Source: a virus
Lineage: Duplodnaviria > Caudoviricetes
DNA length: 64,000 nucleotides
Strand: one strand, 5' to 3'
IMG/VR virus record: IMGVR_UViG_3300028048_000001
Coordinates: 192,001 to 256,000 of that record
Positions 9,783 through 19,207 of this stretch are shown here, piece after piece. The notes beneath the pieces are model-generated. The model was not told the DNA's origin. It ran no database searches and worked only from the letters and a program-made list of their open reading frames with translations. The position numbers were made by a program, and so were the translations under genes. Numbering within the stretch: position 1 is the stretch's first letter; every line of letters starts with the position of its first letter.

Positions 9783-10865
9783 TTACATTTTAACAACTTC
9801 TACAGTTCCATTATGAGCTTTTTCTGCTTTATATCCTTTTGCAATATAATCTTCATTTTCAAGATTACTAAACTTACCACCATAAATAAAGTTCTTGCAA
9901 TCGGATTCAGGAGTAAGGGTTTTAACCGCTTCTTTAGCAGAGAATACTCCACCATAAATTCCAATGGTAGTATTTTCAGTAGCTACTCCGGTTTCATTCG
10001 GATCACCTTCCATAAATGCAGCACCATTAGCTTTAAACTTACCGCCAAGAATCTTAACTTCAATAGGAAGTTTGGTACTATGCTCAGCTACAGAGATACA
10101 AATATTTTGTCCAGTAGATCCGTTACCATTCTTCTTCTGAGTAGCTTCTCCTTCTCCAGTAGAAATATATTCTCCACCTTCAATAGTAAGTTTTCCTGCA
10201 CGGATTTCAACAGGAAGGAAAGATTCAACTTTAGAATTTCCACCAAGGAAATATTCACCATCACCAGCAAGATAAATACCATTTGGTTCATCTGCTGCTT
10301 CTGCTCTAGTAATAGCAGTACCATTAAAATTAAGTTTAGTTCCAGTAGATGTACCATTAGTAGAAAAACCATACCAAAATCCATCAAGAACTACATCTTT
10401 ACCAATATTAATAGTAGCGTTTTTAGTTTTACTATTAGTAAAAACAGCAGCATTGGCTATAACTCTAATCTTACCATCAATATTAAGAATTGGATTCCAA
10501 TCATCATAGATGTTAGACATAATAAACAGATAATCGTTATCCATATCAGATGCTTTTATGGTACCTTCTCCTACAACATTAAGAGTTTTATTCCAACAAT
10601 AAATTGGTTGATTACAAGTAAGACTAGCTTTATTTAATTGGATGGTGACATTATCATATTTATATATCTGAATATAATTATTCATAACAGTATTTTTATT
10701 AATAACAATAGTACTACCATCTCTAACTCTCTTAAATGCATCTTCAAAAGAATCAACAGCAATACCATCTACAGTAATAGGATCGAGACTTGCTTTATCT
10801 TCTTGTCCAACAATTATGTCTTCAGTTACAGCAAGTCTATTATCAAACATAAAACTTACATTCAT
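9783..10865 (-). CDS. Beta-helix/pectin-lyase-like adhesin-type protein, probably virion surface
   Basis: Repeated (L/I)xIxGGxF/Y strands and NFIYGGKFS..YIAKGY tail resembling clostridial surface proteins; terminator 9734-9766. Confidence 0.55.
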   Translation of the reverse strand: MNVSFMFDNRLAVTEDIIVGQEDKASLDPITVDGIAVDSFEDAFKRVRDGSTIVINKNTVMNNYIQIYKYDNVTIQLNKASLTCNQPIYCWNKTLNVVGEGTIKASDMDNDYLFIMSNIYDDWNPILNIDGKIRVIANAAVFTNSKTKNATINIGKDVVLDGFWYGFSTNGTSTGTKLNFNGTAITRAEAADEPNGIYLAGDGEYFLGGNSKVESFLPVEIRAGKLTIEGGEYISTGEGEATQKKNGNGSTGQNICISVAEHSTKLPIEVKILGGKFKANGAAFMEGDPNETGVATENTTIGIYGGVFSAKEAVKTLTPESDCKNFIYGGKFSNLENEDYIAKGYKAEKAHNGTVEVVKM

Positions 10866-10884
10866 ATTTTTAGACTCCTTTTAA

Positions 10885-11592
10885 TTAGATTCCACTATTG
10901 TCACCAGAATCCGTATTTCCGTTTCCAGAGTCATCTGGATTGGTTTCGGTATTATCATCTTCACTATCTGATCCCTCACTATTAGTAGGGGTATATTCTG
11001 CAGATATAGAAATAACTTTAGAAGATACATCAGCTTGAGATATTCCCATATAAATATAATTCACACCATCTTCAAGCTCTTTTTCTTCACCAAAAAGTTT
11101 AGCCTCAGTATATCCTTCTTCTGCTGCACCAGACTTATCAAATTTAATAGCAAACCAATAGCCATTCTTATCAATAGCATCTATTCCAAGCTTGGTATAA
11201 TCTTCAACTTTAACAAGTTTACCAGAAAGTATACCATTATAAATTTCAATCTTATCTTGAATTTTATCAAGACCTTCTGCATCTTCATTTGAAGGAATAG
11301 AGAAGAAATAATCAAGTTTCTTAACACCAAAATTATGATCTTCTTCAACAGTAAGCTCTTCACCAGCAGAAATGTGATCATACTGCTCATAAACATTAGT
11401 CTCATCTACAGGATAATATTTATCATCCTTGACAATAGCAACATGTGCAGTATCAAGAAGAGCAATAACTTGTCTAGGTACATTGACTTCAGCGATATCA
11501 ATAAATCCTTCTTCATTTTTAACAAGAACTTTATCAATAGCCTTTCTAGTAGGATACTTAGGCTTTACAGCAACAAAAATCTTTTCAGCCAT
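10885..11592 (-). CDS. Probable virion decoration protein
   Basis: In late structural operon; acidic tail. Confidence 0.45.
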   Translation of the reverse strand: MAEKIFVAVKPKYPTRKAIDKVLVKNEEGFIDIAEVNVPRQVIALLDTAHVAIVKDDKYYPVDETNVYEQYDHISAGEELTVEEDHNFGVKKLDYFFSIPSNEDAEGLDKIQDKIEIYNGILSGKLVKVEDYTKLGIDAIDKNGYWFAIKFDKSGAAEEGYTEAKLFGEEKELEDGVNYIYMGISQADVSSKVISISAEYTPTNSEGSDSEDDNTETNPDDSGNGNTDSGDNSGI

Positions 11593-11626
11593 GATATTAA
11601 ACTCCTTTTATATTTAAAATTTTAAT

Positions 11627-11974
11627 TTAAATATCATCAACAAGTTCATTAACATTAACATCTTGTGTTATATTATCTTTATCGCTTCCAATTGCGATAT
11701 CAATAACTTCATCATCTTCGAAAGGATCAAATGCAATATCTCTCTCTGCAGCTATAATATCATCTGCATCTACCCCTTCAATAGAATTATCAACTTCATC
11801 ATCTATATAATCTATATTTGTATCAACAATTTCATCATCTTCTTCATCACTTAAAGAATTATCATCTAATTTAATATCATCAATATTATCATCTACTGCT
11901 AAAGCAGTATCTATAGCATCTTCAAAAATATAATTTAAATCATCATATTCAGGAATAGCTTTTCTATTGTACAT
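11627..11974 (-). CDS. Highly acidic small protein (possible head/scaffold component)
   Basis: Asp/Glu-rich; AGGAGG RBS. Confidence 0.55.
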   Translation of the reverse strand: MYNRKAIPEYDDLNYIFEDAIDTALAVDDNIDDIKLDDNSLSDEEDDEIVDTNIDYIDDEVDNSIEGVDADDIIAAERDIAFDPFEDDEVIDIAIGSDKDNITQDVNVNELVDDI

Positions 11975-11991
11975 AATAATCTATTCCTCCT

Positions 11992-12285
11992 TTAAAAATC
12001 AGAATCTAAATCTTCATCAAAAAGTTCATCTAAATCTTCATCACTAAGTTCATGTTTATCATATTTATCACTAAGAAGATCATCAACATCATTTTCTAAT
12101 TCACATTCTTTTTCAAATGTTTTATAATCTTCATCAGTAAATAAATGATCATTAGACTCAGTTTTAAACCTATCTTCAATCACCCCAATAAGAAGATCTT
12201 CATCATCACTTACTATACTATCCATATCTTCGATAGCATCTTGCATTTCAATATCTTCTTCAAAGAGAGAATCTAAACCTCTCAT
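11992..12285 (-). CDS. Highly acidic small protein (possible head/scaffold component)
   Basis: Asp/Glu-rich; translationally coupled to the upstream gene. Confidence 0.55.
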   Translation of the reverse strand: MRGLDSLFEEDIEMQDAIEDMDSIVSDDEDLLIGVIEDRFKTESNDHLFTDEDYKTFEKECELENDVDDLLSDKYDKHELSDEDLDELFDEDLDSDF

Positions 12286-13577
12286 ATCTTAATCCTCCTG
12301 GGAATATTATTATGAAGTTCCTCTCTAACTTCAACTCTAGTCATTAAATCTTTAATATAAAATTCAATAACAAAAATAAGCATGGGAATAAGAAAATAAT
12401 TTTCTGTATTATTTTCAGTTTCAGTTATTCTTTCAATAGGAATGATATCCTCTACTCCTAAATCAATATGATTAAAATATTTTATAATCATATTGTATTT
12501 AGTATATTTTGTATCTTGATCAAATAACTGATTTTCTAAAATATGCCCAATTACTTGAGGATCAAGGATATCAATAGAATTAGCAAACATTTCTGCTACA
12601 GGATCTGGATCATTATAAGTTAATTCAAAATAATCTTCATATCTAGTACTAAATATTGTACCAGGATCATCAATATATACAGCAGCAGATGAATGTTTAC
12701 AAGCAGAAAGTTCATATTTTTCTCTTGTTTCAAATACTTTCCATATAGATTTATTATATTTAATATTAAAATCTGGCATTAATGTAGTTTTATGATCAAC
12801 AAAATCATATTTAGAATCTACATTATCTAAAAGCTTATTTCTAATAATAAATTCCATCATATATGGATCATAGAAATAATCAGAATTCATATTCCATTGA
12901 CAAACTCTATATAAATATACAAAAGTATAAGTTTGTACTTTATTATTATAATATAATCCCTTAAATAATTGCTTCATATTTACTGCAGCATCATCTAATT
13001 GTTTACAAACATTATATTTTGTTTTATGTAAAACAGAAGCATAATTGGTTCCAATATTACCAGATATGAATTCAAACTCATCTACTACCAATTCATATAA
13101 TTCGTGATCATCAAGATGATCAAGTTTATATTCTATTCTAAAATAATTACTACCATTATCAAAAGTATCAGTAGTAACTGACGTTACATTAAACTGATAT
13201 CGTTGATCAATCATAGTTATAACAAAATTATCTCCTACATATGGATGAATAGTATTAGGAAGTATTATAGCATCACCAGTAATTTCTGAAGTCTCTAATC
13301 CATAATCACCATTCTCTAATGTAGTAGATATTCTATCTATCCCATATAAATAGAAATTTCTAATTAAATTAAATCTTAATGACGACTCTGGGCCGTGGTC
13401 AGCATACGTTATTCTTAATGATGGATCAAGTGTGGTTCTTGTAGTATTAATATTATAATAATCTACAGGAGTACCTTTTTTATCATTAAATAAATAAAAT
13501 GGATTTTTTAATAGATCTTTTTGGAGACCTATTAAAGATTGGGTCACTACTTTATGTTCAGTATTTATTAAGCCCAC
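12282..13577 (-). CDS. Conserved jumbo-phage virion structural protein
   Basis: YYNIN..TTLD, S.LRFN.I.NF.LYG and AIILPNTI.P..GD.F motifs recalled from phiKZ/AR9-like structural proteins; GTG start at 13577 after GGAGG; AACA-N6-TA at 13605-13616. Confidence 0.6.
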   Translation of the reverse strand: MGLINTEHKVVTQSLIGLQKDLLKNPFYLFNDKKGTPVDYYNINTTRTTLDPSLRITYADHGPESSLRFNLIRNFYLYGIDRISTTLENGDYGLETSEITGDAIILPNTIHPYVGDNFVITMIDQRYQFNVTSVTTDTFDNGSNYFRIEYKLDHLDDHELYELVVDEFEFISGNIGTNYASVLHKTKYNVCKQLDDAAVNMKQLFKGLYYNNKVQTYTFVYLYRVCQWNMNSDYFYDPYMMEFIIRNKLLDNVDSKYDFVDHKTTLMPDFNIKYNKSIWKVFETREKYELSACKHSSAAVYIDDPGTIFSTRYEDYFELTYNDPDPVAEMFANSIDILDPQVIGHILENQLFDQDTKYTKYNMIIKYFNHIDLGVEDIIPIERITETENNTENYFLIPMLIFVIEFYIKDLMTRVEVREELHNNIPRRIKI

Positions 13578-13604
13578 TATAAGGACCTCCATATTATATT
13601 GAAT

Positions 13605-13616
13605 TATAATGATGTT
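13605..13616 (-). promoter_or_regulatory. Representative late-type promoter motif AAC[A/T/C]-N6-T[A/G]
   Basis: Recurs at 5837(+), 6476(+), 8658, 9710, 13605, 21358, 26751, 31341(+), 34323, 34343(+), 41071, 49117, 49197, 54966(+), 62358. Confidence 0.7.
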
Positions 13617-13637
13617 TTTTGAGACCTTATTATGGTT

Positions 13638-14138
13638 TTAATATTTATTAAAAAATGAAATATATGCAGCTTTTTTTATAATATCATCCCCAAATGTTGG
13701 TAATATCTGAGATTTTACAATATCTTCAATTTTATTAATATCATCTGTATTAAATAATTTAGTGGAAGAATTTTTAATAATATTTGTAAGTCTAATTAAT
13801 ACATCATTATCAGTATATCCATCAAAATGCGGTGCATGAGGAATTTCTGGTATTTTAAATAAATCCCAATATTCTAAATCATAATGATAAGATACCATTC
13901 CTGTAGGTGTTGGAAATCCTGTAACAAACATACCATCATACATAGTTCCATCTTCATGAATTTTAGATTTCCAAGAATATGGAAAATTTAAAAATAATAA
14001 TGCTGATAAAATGGTTCTATGCTTGTATAAATCATCAAAAGAATGATATGTATCACTTAATTCTCCAACAGATTCATTAGGATTTTCTTTTTTAAAATTA
14101 TCTATTAATCTCTGAATATGTTTTAATTGTATATTCAT
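13638..14138 (-). CDS. WDGH-domain phage protein
   Basis: SDTYHSFDDLYKHR, WKSKIHEDG, SYHY, AP.FDGYT..DVL.RL. Confidence 0.75.
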   Translation of the reverse strand: MNIQLKHIQRLIDNFKKENPNESVGELSDTYHSFDDLYKHRTILSALLFLNFPYSWKSKIHEDGTMYDGMFVTGFPTPTGMVSYHYDLEYWDLFKIPEIPHAPHFDGYTDNDVLIRLTNIIKNSSTKLFNTDDINKIEDIVKSQILPTFGDDIIKKAAYISFFNKY

Positions 14139-14139
14139 T

Positions 14140-14631
14140 TTAATTTCTCCAATAATTATCTATAGCAATTTTATCTATATCTTTATAATTATTTAATACA
14201 AACATCATAATATCACTCCAATTAGAATACATTTCTTCTATTAATTTTATCATATTATCACATTCATTTAATATATTTTTTGATTCTTCATCATTACTAT
14301 TATTAGATATATTATTTATCAAATCATTCATATCTACTGCTAATGTATTTTCAACAATAAGTCCAATAGGATTAGCAGGATATTCTTTAGCCTCTTCATA
14401 TTTAATTTTTAAGTATTCTAATATAGATTGATATTTATTTTCATTTGTTCCTTTGTCTAAATTATACCAGAAAATAGAATTAAATGGTCTAATTTCTTTT
14501 GTATAAGGATTAAATTCAAAACAATGATTACAAGAATAAAGTACCATATGTAAATCTAAATTATTGTTTTTTAATCTTGATTTATAAGCTTCGATATAAT
14601 TTTTCAAGCAGATTCTATCTTTTGATTTCAT
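14140..14631 (-). CDS. Hypothetical protein
   Basis: ORF in operon. Confidence 0.55.
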   Translation of the reverse strand: MKSKDRICLKNYIEAYKSRLKNNNLDLHMVLYSCNHCFEFNPYTKEIRPFNSIFWYNLDKGTNENKYQSILEYLKIKYEEAKEYPANPIGLIVENTLAVDMNDLINNISNNSNDEESKNILNECDNMIKLIEEMYSNWSDIMMFVLNNYKDIDKIAIDNYWRN

Positions 14632-14707
14632 AACATATTAAGCTTTAACTCCTCCTATCTATTAATATAAAATATTGGCCCAGAATTCCTTTAATAATAA
14701 GTAAATT

Positions 14708-15493
14708 TTAATCATCAAAGAAACTTTTTATTTTAGAATTTCTGTCTAATGGTTTATTTTTTATTATATTTACAGAATTATTATCAGACATATAATCTTC
14801 TGGTTCATATGAAGTTTCTATATTATATCTTTTATTAGAAGAATATTGAGTATCAGATAAAGCATTTCCTACTAATTGTGTAATATATGGACTAATCAAT
14901 TGTGATGCCCAAAGATATAAATCACATGTTTGAATTATATATACAAATTCTTTCCATTTAGTTATAGATCTTATTGTAAAATAGTATTCTTCATTTAATC
15001 CAATATTTACACCATAATCTAAATCATTTTTATCTTTTCCTTCATATAAAGAATGACTAAATTCTATACTATAATTTCTCATTGGTCTAGATGTTACAGT
15101 TACAATTTTATCAGAAAGAATTTGTAAAGAATTATCTGATTTTAAATAATACGGATCAAACAATATACTATCAAATTCTTTTACTTTATCTCTCAGACCT
15201 AATATTGCATAGACAGGAATCATTACACTTTTTACATTATATTCTGATTCTCTTGATGGATAATCTATTCTTAAATAATAATTAAAATTTCTTTTTGCTG
15301 TTATAAGTGATGATTCATTTCTATATTTATTAGAATTATATTTAAATTCTTCATATACCCTTTTCTTGTTATTATCTTTATCTTTAAATCCTAAATCTAC
15401 AACCAATTTTAATGATACACCATTATAGAAATCTATAACCGTATCTATCAATCTTTCATATTGAAATAATAATGCTGCCCTTAATTCACTCAT
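14708..15493 (-). CDS. Hypothetical jumbo-phage protein
   Basis: ORF with GGAG RBS. Confidence 0.65.
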   Translation of the reverse strand: MSELRAALLFQYERLIDTVIDFYNGVSLKLVVDLGFKDKDNNKKRVYEEFKYNSNKYRNESSLITAKRNFNYYLRIDYPSRESEYNVKSVMIPVYAILGLRDKVKEFDSILFDPYYLKSDNSLQILSDKIVTVTSRPMRNYSIEFSHSLYEGKDKNDLDYGVNIGLNEEYYFTIRSITKWKEFVYIIQTCDLYLWASQLISPYITQLVGNALSDTQYSSNKRYNIETSYEPEDYMSDNNSVNIIKNKPLDRNSKIKSFFDD

Positions 15494-15553
15494 TTATTTT
15501 CTCCATATAGTATATATAAAAAACGATTTAATTAAAGGTAAAAAAAGAAATAA

Positions 15554-15589
15554 AAAAATATTAGGGGAGATATCTCCCCTAATATTTTT
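15554..15589 (-). terminator. Terminator (perfect 36-bp palindrome)
   Basis: aaaaatattaggggagat|atctcccctaatattttt followed by a U-tract on the minus strand. Confidence 0.75.
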
Positions 15590-15594
15590 AAAAC

Positions 15595-17367
15595 TTAATT
15601 ATTATTTATAATGCCGAAAATATAATTAGAATCTTTATATTTATCGACATCATAATCTACCCAGAAATTACCCTGGGCTGCTTTGATGTGTGATTCTTCC
15701 TGACCAAGTGTAGATTTATAGAAAATCTGCACTTTATCATCACATATCATTTTAAAATGATTGCAGTCTTTAATCTCTGTAATCCTGAATCTGCAAACAG
15801 GAATTTCAGAGTTCTTGAATATATTTGAAATATTGATGATCAGTTTTTTCCACTCATTAAAACTGATCGATCTTCCATCTTCTTTCTTCGTAAGTTCCTG
15901 AAGATTATGAAGATCGATTCTATCTATGAAGATATATTTATCTTTATAATCTCCTAAAACTCTAGGAAGCTGATCCATGTTCTTTTTTCGATCATCTTTA
16001 TCAAAAGTACCTTTGATGATCTTTTCTACAAGGTCCTTTTGCGAAATAGCAACAAAAGTACCTTTTCTTGCTCCTTCATGATCTTTCATATGGATTACTC
16101 TTAATGTATCTCCATATATAATACAAGGATCAAGAAGAACATATCTTTTATCTTCTGGATTGGTTCTACTGAAGATGAAAGCCTGAACCAGATTAGGATA
16201 CCACTGATTATTACTATAGAATACAGAGTATCCATTGTTTCTGCAGAGATTGGTAAATCTATCTAACTTATTTACAAATCCTTCTGCATCTTCATTGTTC
16301 TTTTTAATTGTTTCATCAGGCTCATCAGGTCTTTTATAAATCTTTTTCTGAAGAGTCTCTTCTTTCTTTTCCTCCTTTTTAGGAGTAGGATCTTTTACTT
16401 GTTCAAATTTACCGTCAATAATTTTTTCTTCTTTCTTTTCATTATTGACGATATCAAATACTTTATTTACAGCTTCTGATATTGTATCTGAAGAATTATT
16501 AACAACCACCGCTTCTTCAAACGGTGTTTCTTCAGATACATTTTCTTCTACAGCTCCGGGTTCTTTATCATCCATAGGATGTTCATCCATTACTGGATCT
16601 GTAGAAATATACCCTGTAACCTGTTTTACTTCTCGATAATCTTCATTCTCTTTAAGAGTCTCATTCTTGTAGTGATACGTAAATGGAGATTCACATTTTT
16701 CATTAAGAATATAATATTTCTTAACAATATCAGGAATATCCTCCATAGAATTAATATAACTATTCCACAAAGGAACAAGTTCCTGATGCTTAGGAATCAA
16801 TCTGTATTGATAGTTCTCATTAAAGAACCTATCAATTACATAAGAATGAACTACAATCCAAGCAGCCTCTTTAAGAGGATTTTGCTTTCCATTACATTTT
16901 CCTGTATAATATGCTTTTCTTACAGCTCCTGCTATAAGTTTATCACCAAGAGAATCATATTCTTTATACAGATCATTATTCACCTGGCGATTTAATACAT
17001 TGAAATGTCTTGCTAAATTCGCAAGATTTTTATCGGATTCTTGTGTATTGATTCTGGATTCAAAAAACCTTTTTACAAGCCAGTAGACATCTCCATCCTT
17101 CTTTGTAAAATATGGTTCCGGTTTCAGTTTTCCATTAATGAATTTCTGAAAGTATTCATTAACAATTGCAGGATCTCTATATCCTGTTCTTATAATAAAT
17201 ACTTTAGAATATTCAGGATATTCTTTGGTATTAGAAGATTTATCTTTGTAAAAATCAGAAGAAAGTCCCATTTTGTTGTACTCAAATTCTTTAGGTAGAT
17301 TGTTAAAGAATTCGAATAAGTTTTGACTCTTGTTTTTGGCTTCAACTGCAGCTACAAATTTGCTCAT
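15595..17367 (-). CDS. Large early hypothetical protein (two domains joined by an E/K-rich linker)
   Basis: 590-aa ORF, AAGGAGG RBS, early-type motif at 17443-17452. Confidence 0.7.
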   Translation of the reverse strand: MSKFVAAVEAKNKSQNLFEFFNNLPKEFEYNKMGLSSDFYKDKSSNTKEYPEYSKVFIIRTGYRDPAIVNEYFQKFINGKLKPEPYFTKKDGDVYWLVKRFFESRINTQESDKNLANLARHFNVLNRQVNNDLYKEYDSLGDKLIAGAVRKAYYTGKCNGKQNPLKEAAWIVVHSYVIDRFFNENYQYRLIPKHQELVPLWNSYINSMEDIPDIVKKYYILNEKCESPFTYHYKNETLKENEDYREVKQVTGYISTDPVMDEHPMDDKEPGAVEENVSEETPFEEAVVVNNSSDTISEAVNKVFDIVNNEKKEEKIIDGKFEQVKDPTPKKEEKKEETLQKKIYKRPDEPDETIKKNNEDAEGFVNKLDRFTNLCRNNGYSVFYSNNQWYPNLVQAFIFSRTNPEDKRYVLLDPCIIYGDTLRVIHMKDHEGARKGTFVAISQKDLVEKIIKGTFDKDDRKKNMDQLPRVLGDYKDKYIFIDRIDLHNLQELTKKEDGRSISFNEWKKLIINISNIFKNSEIPVCRFRITEIKDCNHFKMICDDKVQIFYKSTLGQEESHIKAAQGNFWVDYDVDKYKDSNYIFGIINNN

Positions 17368-17506
17368 TTTTATTCCTCCTTTTAGAGAATTAATATTGTT
17401 ATTAATTTAAGCAAATATTCCTTTCTTAATATTTACTCATAATAATAATATCTCATTTAAAAATAATAAAAAATAAATTGGAAGGGTTATATAACCCTTC
17501 CAATAT

Positions 17507-19141
17507 TTAATTATATTCATTATCCCCAAATATGATTCCAGAAATCATTTTTTCTTTGGTAAATATAATAGCTTCTCTCATTCCAATACAATTAGGTTCT
17601 ATTGCTTCTTTAAATCTGTTTTTAATATTTAATTTTGTTTCTTCTTGTATATTGTACATTTTTAAATTATCTATATTTAAATTTTTACATTCAGAAGCAT
17701 ATTTATTAAATACAGGTTTTTTAGCATTGTAATAAGCATTTAATTGTTTAAATCCAACATCTACTAATTCAATATATATTGTATTATTGTCTCTTGTTCT
17801 TCCTAATGTTTGTCTAGCTAACACTTCAGATTTAAAAGGTTCTGCTAATACTACAGAATATTTTAAATGTGGAATATCTTCTCCAGCTCCTGCTGATTTT
17901 GTTGTTGTTAAAATATATTTTTTATTTTTCTCTTCTATTTTATTTTCACTAATAGATGTATATATTCCAATATCATATTTTAATTCAGGATAATTAAATA
18001 AAATTCTTTGTTTTACTTTTAGTATTGCTGAATTTGTTCCTATATAAAATAATGCTCTTCCACCAGATTTATATATAAGAGAAAATATATAATCAAACAT
18101 TATCCAAAATCTTTCATTTCTCATTAAATAATCTATATACAAAGGATTACTAATTCCATAAACAGATGTTTTACATTTAGCAATCTCTGATGGTTTTGGA
18201 AATGAATTATATTTTATAGCTATATATTTAGTATGAGCATCCACATCAGGATTAAATAAATCTATAGATGGTACATTTTTCATATATAATTTATATATTT
18301 TATTTTCTGTACTATCAGATCTTGATGGCGTTGCTGTAACATAATATGTTCTCCATACATCTCTAGCAGCAAAATCTATTAAACTCATATTAAGAAAATT
18401 TTGATGAGCTTCATCAAATACTTTAATTCCTATTTTAAGAGTTTTAAATAATTTGCCAATAGATTCCCATCCATGTGTATTAGCATAACTTTGTAAAGTA
18501 GAATGGGTACAGAGATATAATGATTTATTCAATATTGTACTTTTATTTTCCAATATTCTTGAAATCATTGGACCACCTTCTATCTTTACAATTTCAGAAT
18601 CATCTATTGTTGTATATTCTTTTATTCTTTCTATCCATTGATCTAAAATACCTGTTTGTGCAGTAATTACTATAGTTCTTATTCCTAAGTAACTTATAGC
18701 AGCAGATATTACAAATGTCTTACCCTTTCCAGTAAATAAATTTAAAGCAAATTGTGATTTACCAGAATTTTTATAATATTTATCTTTACATAATACAAAA
18801 TTTAAGGCTTCTATTTGTATATTATCTCTTGGAGGAATTTTTAATTTAATAGGTTTTTTATTGTAAGAATATTCATAATTATGAATTATAGTAGAAGAAA
18901 ATTCTTCTATATCCATATTAGAAGAAATTTTTCTTTTTACATAATCAACATCTATTCCTCTTGGTAAATATAATTTTCTATTATTTTTATCATAATAAAT
19001 TCCAACATAATCTTTCTTAAATCTTAAAGGATCCCAGTTAGAAAATTTATTTGTTAAAGTTGGATAATCTTCCCAGTTACAATCATTAATAACTATTGCA
19101 GAATTATGCAATACCATTTTATAGTCATCTATAGTTTTCAT
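17507..19141 (-). CDS. Superfamily 2 (DExH, UvsW-like) helicase
   Basis: TGKGKT, FDEAH, TATP, QTLGRTR; adjacent to RNAP beta'-C as in phiKZ-like phages; terminator 17477-17504. Confidence 0.9.
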   Translation of the reverse strand: MKTIDDYKMVLHNSAIVINDCNWEDYPTLTNKFSNWDPLRFKKDYVGIYYDKNNRKLYLPRGIDVDYVKRKISSNMDIEEFSSTIIHNYEYSYNKKPIKLKIPPRDNIQIEALNFVLCKDKYYKNSGKSQFALNLFTGKGKTFVISAAISYLGIRTIVITAQTGILDQWIERIKEYTTIDDSEIVKIEGGPMISRILENKSTILNKSLYLCTHSTLQSYANTHGWESIGKLFKTLKIGIKVFDEAHQNFLNMSLIDFAARDVWRTYYVTATPSRSDSTENKIYKLYMKNVPSIDLFNPDVDAHTKYIAIKYNSFPKPSEIAKCKTSVYGISNPLYIDYLMRNERFWIMFDYIFSLIYKSGGRALFYIGTNSAILKVKQRILFNYPELKYDIGIYTSISENKIEEKNKKYILTTTKSAGAGEDIPHLKYSVVLAEPFKSEVLARQTLGRTRDNNTIYIELVDVGFKQLNAYYNAKKPVFNKYASECKNLNIDNLKMYNIQEETKLNIKNRFKEAIEPNCIGMREAIIFTKEKMISGIIFGDNEYN

Positions 19142-19207
19142 AATTAATCCTTTAATAAAAATATAAGGGAAGTATTATAACTTCCCTTATATTAATTTTT
19201 ATTTATT

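Noticed and set aside
9813-10637. 274-aa plus-strand ORF and similar antisense ORFs (e.g. 5282-5545, 16579-16995, 42168-42587)
   Set aside because: Shadows of genuine opposite-strand genes: no RBS, Ile/Phe/Ser-rich composition.
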